Origin: Macrostomum lignano
Lineage: Eukaryota
NCBI GenBank assembly: GCA_002269645.1
Contig: NIVC01000392.1
Location: 434,001-498,000 of the forward strand
Length of the DNA stretch: 64,000 nt
Reading direction: 5' to 3'
Shown: positions 1 through 10,940 of the stretch, piece after piece
How the letters are laid out: the number at the start of each line of letters is the position of its first letter
How positions within the stretch are numbered: position 1 is the first letter of the stretch
The notes under the pieces: model-generated
What the model saw: only the letters and a program-made list of their open reading frames with translations
What the model was told of the DNA's origin: nothing
The model's database searches: none
Position numbers and translations under genes: made by a program

Positions 1-240
1 GCAGTCCAGTGGTCAGAGCGTCTTACACACGATGGAAAGGTCAGGGGTTCGATTCTCGTCGCACTCGGAACAATTTGCGTCCTTGAGAAAAGCACTTAAC
101 TCGGCATTGCTTCAGTTCACCCAGCTGTAAAATGGGGTCAGATGTGCCGCGCAATCGACTGCCCTGATGATTGAAAGATTTTTTAAAGTAGCGTTTAGTT
201 ACCAAGGCAAGGTTCTAAATACAGTAGAGGCACCTAGTAG
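1..240 (+). mobile_element. tRNA-derived SINE with CORE-like central domain (5' end probably at or just before the window start)
   Basis: A-box-like CAGTGGTCAGAGC (8-20) and B-box GGTTCGATTC (46-55), then CCTTGAGAAAAGCACTTAAC...CACCCAGCTGTAAAATGGG (81-137), resembling the CORE/MIR-type SINE domain. 3' boundary approximate. Confidence 0.7.
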
Positions 241-454
241 ACAAAAAACACAAAGAAACCGTTAATAATGTTTTAATAAAAATTCACTTGCTACAGTATT
301 TTCAGTAGCATCGAAGATTTTATTGTCGAAATCCTGCGGCGCTGAGACGAAGCAAATAGCGCTGAGGCAATTCTGTCCGTTCCACTGACTCCTGAGCATA
401 CAAGCGCGCCAATACTGTACCACAGGCACAGCACTCACACACACGCTCACACGG

Positions 455-525
455 GGTGTACAGCGACACTGACCTTCTAATCGTCAGGCATGTGCACTCT
501 CAGTGCCTTGAGGGTTGGCCCTCAT
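455..525 (-). mobile_element. Fragment of an interspersed repeat related to the SINE-like element at 12372
   Basis: Reverse complement of 486-518 (CAACCCTCAAGGCACTGAGAGTGCACATGCCT) matches 12518-12549 (CAACCCTCAAGGCACACAGAGTGCACATGCCT) with 2 mismatches. Confidence 0.55.
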
Positions 526-879
526 ATCTGTGAGTATGTGACAGTATGTAACAGCGAGAGTCAGAAGCGTTCACAGCTGGGCTGCCCTGCCCCTTAAAAA
601 TGGGTATCGATGCTAATGGCTTGATTGTTTAAACAAATGAGCTCTGTATCCAACCCACACGGAATCATTTCTGCCTCCCAACACAGGCCCGAGGACTGCG
701 CAACCAATGAAACCCGATATGCAGATCCCACACTGGCATCTAGGAGCCAGTAAGAGTCCCTCACTATAAGCAGGGTACGCTCTTCCATCATTGGCAAAAG
801 ATTTAAAATAAATGCAGTCCTTTTACTTTGCTGTTTCTAACTGCACCTGCATGAAGGCTAGAAAACAAATTTCGGAATA

Positions 880-1569
880 ATGATTCAGCCGGCTCTGGTT
901 GCAGTGCTGATTACCACCGCCTCCGGTCACTGCGTCGCTCCCTTTATCGACAGGCTGGGCAGCTGCGTCTTCATCGGCGACAATCCCAGCGTTTCCAGCT
1001 GGTGCGACGCAGCCAGACTGTGCCTGGGCATCGGCGGAGAGCTGCTGATGGACCTGACTGCCATCCGAGCTGTCAATCACTGGAATGATACTTACTTCAT
1101 CGGAGTGACGGACCTCCTGGTTGAGGCGGGCAGGTCTCGCAGCGGCTGGAGATTCGCCAACGGCTCGCTGTTCCCGACTTTAGATGACAGCGACTGGAAA
1201 AGTGGGTTGCCGAACCGCCTAACGGAAGACGATGACTTTGTAGCTGTCAGCAAAGCTGGCTTGCGAGACAGAGCACCGCATTCGTACAAAACATTCGTCT
1301 GCCAGCCAATCGCGACGCCGAACAGCAAGTACCTGGAGCGAGCGGAGTTCCTGAGGCTGGGCAACATCAGTCCTGTCTACTGCTACACTGACGCCTCGGT
1401 GAGCTCGGAGCTTCACTGCCTGTGGCTCTGCGTGCAGCGCTGGGAGTGCCGGGCCGTCCTGTTCAACCGGGCCAGCGGCGCCTGCCGCATGCTGGACTTC
1501 GCTGACTCGAGCGTCGGCGACGCCATCGAGAAAGACCCGAGCTGGGCCAAGTTCGTCAAGAAGTACTGA
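880..1569 (+). CDS. Secreted C-type lectin-like domain + PAN/apple domain protein, copy g1 (229 aa, intronless)
   Basis: Signal peptide MIQPALVAVLITTASG; CTLD motifs SWCDAARLC, YFIGVTD, WRFANG, W..GLPN, FVCQ; PAN pattern HCLWLC..ECRAVLF..GACRML. High GC3; three other full-length paralogs in the window. Confidence 0.85.
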   Translation: MIQPALVAVLITTASGHCVAPFIDRLGSCVFIGDNPSVSSWCDAARLCLGIGGELLMDLTAIRAVNHWNDTYFIGVTDLLVEAGRSRSGWRFANGSLFPTLDDSDWKSGLPNRLTEDDDFVAVSKAGLRDRAPHSYKTFVCQPIATPNSKYLERAEFLRLGNISPVYCYTDASVSSELHCLWLCVQRWECRAVLFNRASGACRMLDFADSSVGDAIEKDPSWAKFVKKY

Positions 1570-2821
1570 AAACTTTCAAGATAAAAATATGACCTTTTGG
1601 ATCACAGAGTTAAAAACTCAAAATGAGTACATGCATGTTTGTTAAAGAATGCCTTCAGTGGCTGTTGAAATCAGCTTCGTGCAGTAGGAGACCGATAGGG
1701 CTGATTGGTCTTGATTTTGATTTGCGTACAAGCTAATTATCCATGCAATAGTCAATACCATATTTGAGTCTGTTGCCACAGGCCTTAATGTAAAGAGGTG
1801 GGGGGTGTTGGTAGCTTGGGCGTTCATAGCAGTTTATTAAGGCTTTAATTCTGTATGCGCACATGAGCACACTTTTAGGCCAGCCTACAGGTAGGGTTGT
1901 TCGGGATGTCCATTTTTTCGGGGTTGGGGGTTAATTCCGATCCCGAACATCATTCGAGAACCCCTAAACCCGTCTCTCTTCCAAACCCGAACTCATGCAG
2001 CAAACCCGAAAATGCAGACCTAACACGAGCTTACTTAACTGGGTCAGGGGATCAGGAAACAAGCTTATTAAAAATCTTCGTGTGCACACATCTGTTACGT
2101 GTAATAACGTTATAAATTGCCGCACGGCATAGCAAATTAGCCTCTAGTTTAGCTCATTGGGCTTGTTGGTCATTTTTAAGCAGCACATTTAATCAAGTTA
2201 AGTTAATTTCTATGAAAATTTAGAAAAGTTTGTACAGTCACGAAAACCCCGAAAATCCCGGTCCAAAATCCCCACACCGAACCACGAACACCGCCAGCTA
2301 CGAGACACCGCACTGCTTTGCCGTTCGTTAGCTAATCGACATTCTGACAGATCATAAATGACTTTTAACGTTTAAAATTTTAGTCGTGAAAGTTTTCTAG
2401 CTCATCGCTATATTGTCTCACGAATGAATCAACCTATCTGGCTTCTCCATGAGTCGGTAAACAGTGAGTTCAAAGTTCTTAGCTAGCTACCCTGGCGAAA
2501 AGTTACAGAAAGCTTTTAACAAACTTTTAAAATTTCATCGATCTAGTCAGTGTAGACTTTGAACTGCCTATCCATCTCCCACTGCTAGCAGTTCAATGGG
2601 AGAAATGTGGTGGAACTGAGAACCTTACCAAAAGCAAGTATTTACAGTAAGACAGCTGATGGACGACACTGCATCCAAAATCGTCAATAAAGCGAGCGAA
2701 AGGCAAGCAAATATGGATTTCTGCGGCCAGTCTCACTTAGACATTGATGGATCGCAATGGCTGGAATTGTCTAGCTGTCGAAAACTAGAAAAACGTTCGC
2801 AATCTAACAGGGTACATGCTG

Positions 2822-3175
2822 CTATGGGTGCTGTGCTATGACCCCACATGCTAGGGTAGCTACTATGGGTGCTAGCTACTCTAGCTACTATGGGTACTAG
2901 GGTAGCTACTATGGGTGCTGGGGTAGCTACTATGGGTGCTAGGGGAGCTACTATGGGTGCTAGGGTAGCTACTATGGGTGCTGGGGTAGCTACTATGGGT
3001 GCTGGGGTAGCTACTATGGGTACTAGGGGAGCTACTATGGGTGCTAGGGGAGCTACTATGGGTGCTAGGGGAGCTACTATGGGTGCTAGGGGAGCTACTA
3101 TGGGTGCTAGGGGAGCTACTATGGGTGCTAGGGGAGCTACTATGGGTGCTGGGGTAGCTACTATGGGTGCTAGGG
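2822..3175. repeat. 21-bp minisatellite (GCTACTATGGGTGCTAGGGGA/TA), about 16 copies
   Basis: Tandem units visible directly; explains the repetitive ORFs 2733..3383, 2869..3207 and 2881..3192. Confidence 0.9.
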
Positions 3176-3771
3176 GACCTACTGAAGGACAACAGCAGAT
3201 GAATTGAGAAAAAGTCACTCGTCTACAGCCGCCATGATTATCACCATACAAAGCGTCATACCGGAACCAGCAGATACCTCGTACAATGCAAACAGGACAC
3301 GTGTTTCTGATGAAGGTCTCAAACCTGATTCTATAGCAACAGGACCAATATTGAGTTAACTGGTTTGGGAAAACATTTTTCATTAGAATGAAATCACAGG
3401 AGTAAATTTAGTAACAGGAGCTCAATAGAGCTAAATAGAGCTAAAATTAGGGTCATAAACTTCTCAAAACTTAATTCAACACTATACGCTACACGCTAGG
3501 ACGGTTTAGACTTGCAAAATGTGTTTAAATATATGTGTGGCGTATAAAATTTTTTCCTTACGATAAATTCTCAGCCGATTTTCCATTGTGACCTGGCACA
3601 CGGATAACTATTTTCCAATTTTCGAGATCGTATACGATTGTTTTTTTTCAGTTTTATCGAGTAATAAGAGCGTTTCAAATATTTTGCAAGCCACTGTGAC
3701 GAAAACACAGACAGTATATGCAAAGTTCTTCTCAGATATTGTTTCATAGGATTTCATTACTTAACTATTTG

Positions 3772-3956
3772 TCAGTACTTCTTGACGAGCTTGGCCCAGC
3801 TCGGGTCGGTCTCGATGGCGTCGCCGACGCTCGAGTCAGCGAAGTCCAGCATGCGGCAGGCGCCGCTGGCCCGGTTGAACAGGACGGCCCGGCACTCCCA
3901 GCGCTGGACGCAGAGCCACAGGCAGTGAAGCTCCGAGCTCACCGAGGCGTCAGTGT
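3772..3956 (-). pseudogene. PAN-domain-only 3' fragment of the lectin-PAN family (f1)
   Basis: TDASVSSELHCLWLCVQRWECRAVLFNRASGACRMLDFADSSVGDAIETDPSWAKLVKKY*, near-identical to the g1 3' end; homology stops abruptly at 3956. Confidence 0.85.
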
Positions 3957-4587
3957 GACGCTTCAGGGTGGCACAATATAGTGGCGCCAAAATGAGTGCC
4001 TGCGGCGCCAAAAAGAGTGCTGACAACACCGATTCTGAAAATAATGTACATGTAGAATTCTTGGCTTTGCGGCCCCCACCATAAAATCCATGGCGACGTC
4101 CCTGAATTGGCATGCAAAACTTTTTGGCCGTGTTGGCAGCGTGAAATAGGGGGAAGGGTTTCCAACAGAAATTCCAGCAGAAATTAATTAACTGCGACCA
4201 CGATACAATCGAGTCAGTTTTGCGCTTAAAAATGGCTATTATTCATGTACTATAATAGTAAGACAGCTAGTAAGACAGCTAGTACACACGAAATTTGCGT
4301 TTACGAGGCCCAGTATATAAAGTACAAGTTCAGGTTACAAATGCAAAGCAAGCAAGACTTTAACCAAGCCAAGCCTAGCGGTTGAGTGTGGATTTATCTT
4401 TTGGAGAATGTTTTAGACAATACCGGGCTGTACTTTGGTAAGCTATGGTCGCATTCCTGATTTAAACATTTTTCGTAAAGGTTTTATTATAATATGATTT
4501 CTCAAGGGCGTATCATTGAATTATTGAATCTTTGATTGAAGAAGGGCTTGGCCTAATTTGGGAAGAGCCAATTCATCTGCGCGGACA

Positions 4588-4880
4588 TCAGGGGCTTTAG
4601 CACCAGGGGGCTTTAGCACCAGGGGCTTTAGCACCAGAGGCTTTAGCACCAGGGGCTTTAGCACCAGGGGCTAAAGCTGTAGGCGAGTTCAGGGTTCAGG
4701 CGAGTTCAGGCGAGCACCAGGGGCTTTAGCACCAGGAGCTTTAGCACCAGAGGCTTTATCACCAGGGGCTTTAGCACCAGGGGCTTTAGCACCAGGAGCT
4801 TTAGCACCAGAGGCTTTATCACCAGGGGCTTTAGCACCAGAGGCTTTAACACCAGGGGCTTTAGCACCAGAAGCTTGAGC
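4588..4880. repeat. 15-bp minisatellite (CACCAGGGGCTTTAG)n
   Basis: Tandem units visible, interrupted at about 4675-4712. Confidence 0.9.
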
Positions 4881-5560
4881 ACAGCAGGGGCTTCAGCACT
4901 GGGGGCGCTAGAAGGGCTCTGGCCGCGCCCCTGCCTGCTTTACTCAGTAAATTTTGTGAAACGCTATAGTATAGGACTATCAAAAAGTGCATCATGCGTG
5001 CATCAGCATTAATTAATCCATTTTGTAAAAAGAATATAGATACTAAGCAAAACCTTGAAAACTATTTTCAAGTTAAAATTGATATGGACTCCAGCTCCTT
5101 TCAAGACTTCAATAATGGTACCCACCTACAGTTTCGACTGCAGACAAGAGACCGTTCAGGGAGCGAAGTTCAGTAATGTCGGAAATCGAAGTAGAAGCGT
5201 TCGACTACCTGCTTGCGTTTTCAGTAACAGCAACATTTTTTTCAGAATGCCAAGGCACTGCAAAATGCTGCCCCGAACTAAATATTTCGATAGTTTATTT
5301 AGCATTCCCAGAGCAACTTTTGGTTCGAATACAGTTTTTAAAAAGGTACATGATCTTCAATAAAGCTCCAGTCTCTCGGCCATAATAAAATAGGTTATCT
5401 TAATTTATTCAAAATAAAAGTTACAATATTAAAATTTTGTTTCGAAGTCATTCTACTGTCGGTTACTATGGCTACTTTCCCGTACAACAAGGCTTAACTG
5501 GTGGATGCGCGCCTCTTCGATGGTGCAGCGGAGGCCGAGAATCTGCGTCACTGTGCCACG

Positions 5561-5601
5561 TTCACTGCCTGTGGCTCTGCGTGCAGCGCTGGGAGTGCCG
5601 G
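5561..5601 (+). pseudogene. PAN-domain fragment f2, left part (interrupted by a transposon)
   Basis: TTCACTGCCTGTGGCTCTGCGTGCAGCGCTGGGAGTGCCGG is identical to g1 (HCLWLCVQRWECR). Confidence 0.85.
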
Positions 5602-7072
5602 TGTTATGGTTTAGGATCTCCGGGGGTCCGGTCAGTTTAGGGTGTCCGGGGCGGAGACCCTAAACGGTTTAGGATCTCCCCTGGAGACTTCTAACGGTTA
5701 TGGGTCTCCGGGGTAGGAGATCTGAAACCGTTTAAGGGTCTCTGGGGCATTTTCAGGTCTCCGCACCCGGAGATCTTAAACCAGTTTCTGATCTCCCCCC
5801 AGGAGACTCTAAACCAGTTTCAGCTCTCCGTCAGGGCCGCAAAAACAAAGTCCTGGTTTAGGATCTCCGGTTTCCGATCTCCCCCCCATTTGTGTAAAAC
5901 CAATGGTCATGGTATTGAACGCGTACATGTATAAGAAGTGGAAAGGCATTTTTATCATCAACGTAGCATTAGTTTTATACGTATATGCTCGCACAACTGT
6001 GTATTTAAATGGAAAACTGTTTACTGTTAAAGTAATGAAGTAAATGTCCGCTTAGTGAAAAACCGGTGATGCACTTTCAGCCGGTGCTTGGAGGAAGCAT
6101 CTCTTGAGGTGTTTCCCATTGACACACCTGGTTAGTCCTCCTAGCCTGTACACGTTTTGACCAAGACAACTGGTCACGATGTAGACTTGCTGACTCCAAG
6201 TGTATCGCATCTTACCACCCTTCCAATCGTCCCTGCGAAGATTGCGAAGCCTAACTCTGTCCCCTCGCTTCAGATCCTGAACCCCAGCTGCTCCCACGGT
6301 GTGACCAGCTCGCACCTGTCACAAGACTTGACCACTGCCTTGGCAATCGGTGTGACGGGGAGGTCAGCATAGTATCGTGCAGTAAAAAGGCTCACTATGC
6401 TGTTGACACCCACGTGACTTCCTTGCGAGTGAAGGCTGCGGATCTTATCCCGTACCTCTTCCTCTGTGAAAAGTACTCTGCGATGGTCTTCAGCCGCATT
6501 CGCTGACTGTCGTCCTTATTAGTCACCCTGTAGTAAAGCGCTCCATCATGGATGGAGAAACGCTTGCTCTTTTCTCTAATACGTCTTTTTAAGTTGGCCT
6601 TATCTTTGGCGTCCAATCTGGCTGGTACCTGCCAGATCATCATTGTTTAGGACGTCATTGTTTAGGACGTAGAAGAATATTTGATTGAGCGAAGCCATCA
6701 AGCTTTGAAATGCAGAAATCGACGAAAATCACACAGCACAAACCTTTCTTATCATCTGCCCAATATAAATGTTTACAGCGCTTCCCGCCACCCATAAAAT
6801 ATGAGTACAAAGCTGATCTCCAAAATGTGCAAAGCCTATTGAAAGTTACGCAAGACTGCTCACACTTTGGGGTGCCAATCTCGATGTACATAGAAGTAGC
6901 GATAATTTTCATATAGAAAAGAACCGCGGAGATCCTAACACGGCGGAGACCTCTAACTCTATCTTATGTTATGGTTTCCGATCTCCGTGTGGGCGATCTT
7001 AAAATGACACAATTTTCAGTTTGTGATCTCCGGGCCGGAGACCCTAAAACGCGGAGATCCTAAACTCTAACA
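5602..7072 (-). mobile_element. Non-autonomous Ginger1-type DNA transposon (1471 bp) with TIRs and 4-bp CCGG TSD
   Basis: Termini TGTTATGGTTTAGGATCTCCG / CGGAGATCCTAAACTCTAACA (21-bp TIR, 2 mismatches); CCGG at 5598-5601 and 7073-7076; removing the element and one CCGG restores the lectin-PAN sequence; subterminal GGAGATCC/GGATCTCC repeats; internal Gypsy-like integrase remnants. Confidence 0.8.
6052..6643 (-). pseudogene. Internally deleted Ginger/Gypsy-like integrase remnant (N-terminal motif, start of the zinc finger and C-terminal GPY/F-like region; DDE core missing)
   Basis: DKANLKRRIREKSKRFSIHDGALYY (YPYY-like N-terminus); in another frame KIRSLHSQGSHVGVNSIVSLFTARYY (H..H part of the HHCC finger); GDRVRLRNLRRDDWKGGKMRYTW..VYIV...NVYRL...VNGKHLK (C-terminal motif). 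Confidence 0.7.
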
Positions 7073-7188
7073 CCGGGCCATTCTGTTGAACCGGGCCAGC
7101 GGCGCCTGTCGCATGCTGGACTTCGCTGACTCGAGCGTCGACGACGCCATCGAGACCGACCCGAGCTGCATGGGCCAAGTTCGTCAAG
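7073..7188 (+). pseudogene. PAN-domain fragment f2, right part
   Basis: CCGGGCCATTCTGTTGAACCGGGCCAGCGGCGCCTGTCGCATGCTGGAC...GCCAAGTTCGTCAAG matches the family 3' end, with substitutions and a 4-nt insertion near 7169. Confidence 0.85.
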
Positions 7189-8793
7189 GGGCGTGCTGCT
7201 GACTAGCTTGTAGCTTCAATAAGCATCGAGGCCTTTGAAGACCCGATGACGAAAAACAGTGATAGGTTATCCTACGAGTATATGCTTTGACGGCTTTTTA
7301 TCTGGCAATAGGGTGGAAAATAGACTGGACAAAAATACGAAAATAACCTAAACCTAAATAACTTTTATTCAGCTTTTAATCCCTGTGCGATCATCATGGA
7401 GCTAAAACTACAAGTGGGAGTAACTAGCGCGTATGACATTCGTGTGTCATTCATTGTCTTGATGTTCGATTGTGCGCATGCACGGCTGCATCAATTTGTG
7501 TCTGTGCATGAAAATTGACCTACATGTACTCGTAGTATAGGGCTTGTCCTGCTACACCATCGAAACTGATCGGACCAACAGCCAAAGCACAGAGTATGTA
7601 CCTCGATTGCCGATGCAAAAACTTGGATGTGTGCAGACCCAGGGGGGGGGACAGGAGATATGTAATTGTTACAACTTCCTCAAAAGTAGGGGCTGAGCGG
7701 GACCAACCCAGGCCAGTTCATACATACCCGTACATTAGTACCTTAGGTAAAATTATGCCGTTATTTACACCGCTCCGCAGGGTGGAATACCGATAAAGCG
7801 TTAGTTATTAAAAGGTTGTAAAAATTATTTCCGTGAAACCATAAAAAATGTCCGATTTTTGCTGGTACCTCTCAGGTGCATGATCTTCTCATTCTTGGCG
7901 GGTATCTGTTCCGCAATCGGTTGACTAATCTTCTCTTCGATCGAGGTGCAATTCATTTTGCGAGCGTCATCCATTGTACACTAAGTTTTTTTCGGGTTGG
8001 TGAATGTGCCTTTTATATAGGGACCTGGTATATAGGGACCCGACGAAAGCATGACATTGTATCTTTGATTTTTCGTTCATCGGACCGAGCTCAAAAGTCA
8101 TATTACTTTACTGATTTAAGTAGTATTCCTGGAAAGTAACTATGCTCAAAGTAATGTTTTCAGCCTTTATATTCGTTTTTGGTCAATATTGATTATCATT
8201 TCTATTACTGTTACTGTTTCATTATCGCCGACCCTAACCTAAACAAAATCTAACCTACAGCCTAAGCCTAAGCCTACTCCAAATACTCAGAAGTAAAAAT
8301 GGGTCAGTCAAATGGCGGTCTCCAGCCAAGATTATTCGGCGATCTGGAACAAGCCCATGCGCTTCTGACGCAAGCATGCTGAGCGCCCCATGGAAATGAT
8401 TGACAGCTCATGACAGTGTTCCCAACGGACACCCAGGGATTGGCCGGATTTGCCCAAATGCATTCACAAACTGCCATACGGAAGTTAGCTACTGTCTCCA
8501 TGGATACAGAAAACACGGGAGTTAAACAGCTGTAGTCAATTGTAGTCTAATATCTGGTCAGTTAAAACTATAGGGTAATGGTTAGGCATTGATGCTTTTT
8601 TACTGAGTTTTCCCGCACAATTCACCAGTTTTTAATAGCCAAATAGGTTCATGGCCAATGAAGACAGCTGCTTGCATCTGAAATAGCCTTAATAGCTGAT
8701 TGGATGAAAATGCATTGATATCTAGACGACTATATTAGGTTTCTCTTACACGCAGAGCTGCATAAAGCCGCAGAGTCAAGCTAGGCTGAGTCA

Positions 8794-9498
8794 ATGGTAG
8801 CTGCAGCAATGATTCAGCCGGCTCTGATCGCAGTGCTGATTGCCACCGCCTCCGGTCACTGCGTCGCTCCCTTCATCGACAGACTGGGCAGCTGCGTCTT
8901 CATCGGCGACAACCCCAGCGTTTCCAGCTGGTGCGACGCAGCCAGACTGTGCCTGAGCATCGGCGGAGAGCTGCTGATGGACCTGACTGCCATCCGAGCT
9001 GTCAATCACTGGAATGATACTTATTTCATCGGAGTGACGGACCTCCTGGTTGAGGCGGGCACGTCTCGCAGCGGCTGGAGATTCGCCAACGGCTCGCTGT
9101 TTCCGACTTTGGATGACGGCGACTGGATGTCTGGTTTGCCAAACTGTAAAAGTCCAGATGATGACGTTGTAGTCGTCAGCAATGGCGGATTAAAAGACAA
9201 ACCGGTGAACAAAAATAAGAAATTCGTCTGCCAGCCCATCGCGACGCCGAACAGCCAGTTCCTGAAGCGAGCGGAGTTCCTGAGGCTGGGCAACATCAGT
9301 CCTGTCTACTGCTACACTGACGCCTCGGTGAGCTCGGAGTTTCACTGCCTGTGGCTCTGCGTGCAGCGATGGGAGTGCCGGGCCGTCCTGTTCAACCGGG
9401 CCAGCGGCGCCTGCCGCATGCTGGACTTCGCTGACTCGAGCGTCGGCGACGCCATCGAGACCGACCCGAGCTGGGCCAAGTTTGTCAAGAAGTACTGA
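8794..9498 (+). CDS. Secreted C-type lectin-like + PAN/apple protein, copy g2 (234 aa; alternative ATG at 8809)
   Basis: Near-identical to g1 outside the loop DDGDWMSGLPNCKSPDDDVVVVSNGGLKDKPVNKNKKF; intact ORF. Confidence 0.85.
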   Translation: MVAAAMIQPALIAVLIATASGHCVAPFIDRLGSCVFIGDNPSVSSWCDAARLCLSIGGELLMDLTAIRAVNHWNDTYFIGVTDLLVEAGTSRSGWRFANGSLFPTLDDGDWMSGLPNCKSPDDDVVVVSNGGLKDKPVNKNKKFVCQPIATPNSQFLKRAEFLRLGNISPVYCYTDASVSSEFHCLWLCVQRWECRAVLFNRASGACRMLDFADSSVGDAIETDPSWAKFVKKY

Positions 9499-9899
9499 AG
9501 AAATAAATCCTGGAACACAAAGTACTTCTGTTTCCCTTCCGCACACTGTTCGTTTAGTAAAGGCAAAAGCTACAATATTTTCCTAGTCGTCTTTATTCAG
9601 TTCAGAGTAAGTCTTTTAGTCTAAAAAAATGTCGAGTTCTTTTAGTTTTGCTAGGGGTTGTGATCTTGGCTATTGTTTTTCAAGGCTCCGACGCTTTTCA
9701 AGTTAAATACAGAAAATTTAACGCATTGCAACTCCGGATTTGATCTTTTTTCTTTGATATTATTTGAGACGATATAATTTTTAGCCGCTTTAGGCAAGTA
9801 GGACCGTATTGTGTGAACACAACAGAAGTGTTTTCGGTGCCTCAATTAGCCAAAAATGGCACCAAAATCTGCAGCAAATGAGCGAATGAGAATGGCTGA

Positions 9900-10200
9900 A
9901 TTCTGTCTGAAGTCAAGAAGTCGAGTAAGTGGGAATGAAGCACCGCTTTTGTTGCTCTGTTCTAGAGAAAGGAAGCTTCAAGGAGAAGCTGTGCTGATTG
10001 CTGTTAGAGGGGGGCCATATTGCGTGACTGTGGAGCGAAAGGAGGGAGGATCGCTGCTGAAGTTCGCTGGAGCCTAATTGAACCCGGAGAAGTCTATATG
10101 GACAACAGCAAGTCCACTCAACAGTTCTGCGAGTCCTAAGGCTATATGGAACCTTGAGTCACTAATGATCCTGGCAGCCGTCTGCTCAACACCATCCAAT
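9900..10200 (+). pseudogene. Possible degenerate LINE APE-endonuclease fragment
   Basis: CSRERKLQGEAVLIAVR weakly resembles the R.DR...GGGVLIAV motif of CR1/Jockey endonucleases, followed by ILAAVCSTPS (I.A.YRPP-like). Weak similarity only. Confidence 0.25.
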
Positions 10201-10940
10201 AAAGTAGGATGGGACTCACTGGCAGATCCCCATACACTGGAACAGTACTCAAGGAGTGGTCTAACGTAGTCACTGCGTTAAGGGAGTAAGATCATTCTCT
10301 AGATGATCTAGGCAGCAAGACAGCCGAGCAAGAAGCTGCTTTTCTACGAGCTAATTTGGGTTTTTAGGTGCTCAGACAATGTAAGTCCATTATCATGCAA
10401 TTAATAGATAGTGCGCCAGGAATTTGAATATCGACTAGAAGAACAACTAATATAAAAAGCTGGACACATCGTCCAATACTGAAATCACAGAATACTATTC
10501 TAACTCTATAGTATTCTGTGACTAAAATCTTATTTATTTAACCAAATGTAAAAAACCTACCACACATGCAGTCATGACAACAGTAGCTATTTACTCTAGA
10601 TGTATTGACACAGGAGAAAATTAGCGAATCCCGTGATGTTTGTCTTGCTTGCTGTTTTCCTTTGTTCAACAACAGAACTCGCTTCTTGCATAGCCATCAA
10701 AGTCGAACTCGCCTTCACAGATCTGCTACCAGGCCTAAAAGCCTTTCGCAGGCTTTGAGAAGAAACCTTTTTAGTGAATAGAAGTGCGAATTGACTGAGA
10801 CTTTGTCAGCAGTGGCAACCGAAATATATCAGGCCCAGCACTAACCGAGATACAGGCAATTCGTTGTCCTAGGTTCGATAACTCGCGTCTACCTTGGAAA
10901 CTACACAATCACTACTGTGTCCGGACATTTGGATACAGAA

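Noticed and set aside
1-80. tRNA gene (also at 12372-12440)
   Set aside because: A and B boxes are present but no complete cloverleaf or acceptor stem could be formed, and SINE-type bodies follow.
823-1416. Antisense and alternative-frame ORFs over the lectin genes (also 8791-9566, 40712-41471) and over Gypsy pol
   Set aside because: Shadow ORFs expected from high-GC3 coding sequence; their recurrence simply follows paralogy.
2733-3383. APIVAPL / ATMGARG repeat ORFs
   Set aside because: Translations of a 21-bp minisatellite in multiple frames.
3957-5560. Possible TIR element between lectin fragments f1 and f2 (GTGGCACA at about 3968 vs TGTGCCAC at about 5552)
   Set aside because: Only an 8-bp inverted match, not terminal, and no TSD; could be chance.
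880-9498. Diversity-generating retroelement (variable C-type lectin fold plus a reverse transcriptase in the window)
   Set aside because: Loop differences are not adenine-restricted (e.g. TGTAAAAGTCCA vs TACAACACGGCA), there is no TR/VR pair, and the only RT is an ordinary Gypsy pol.
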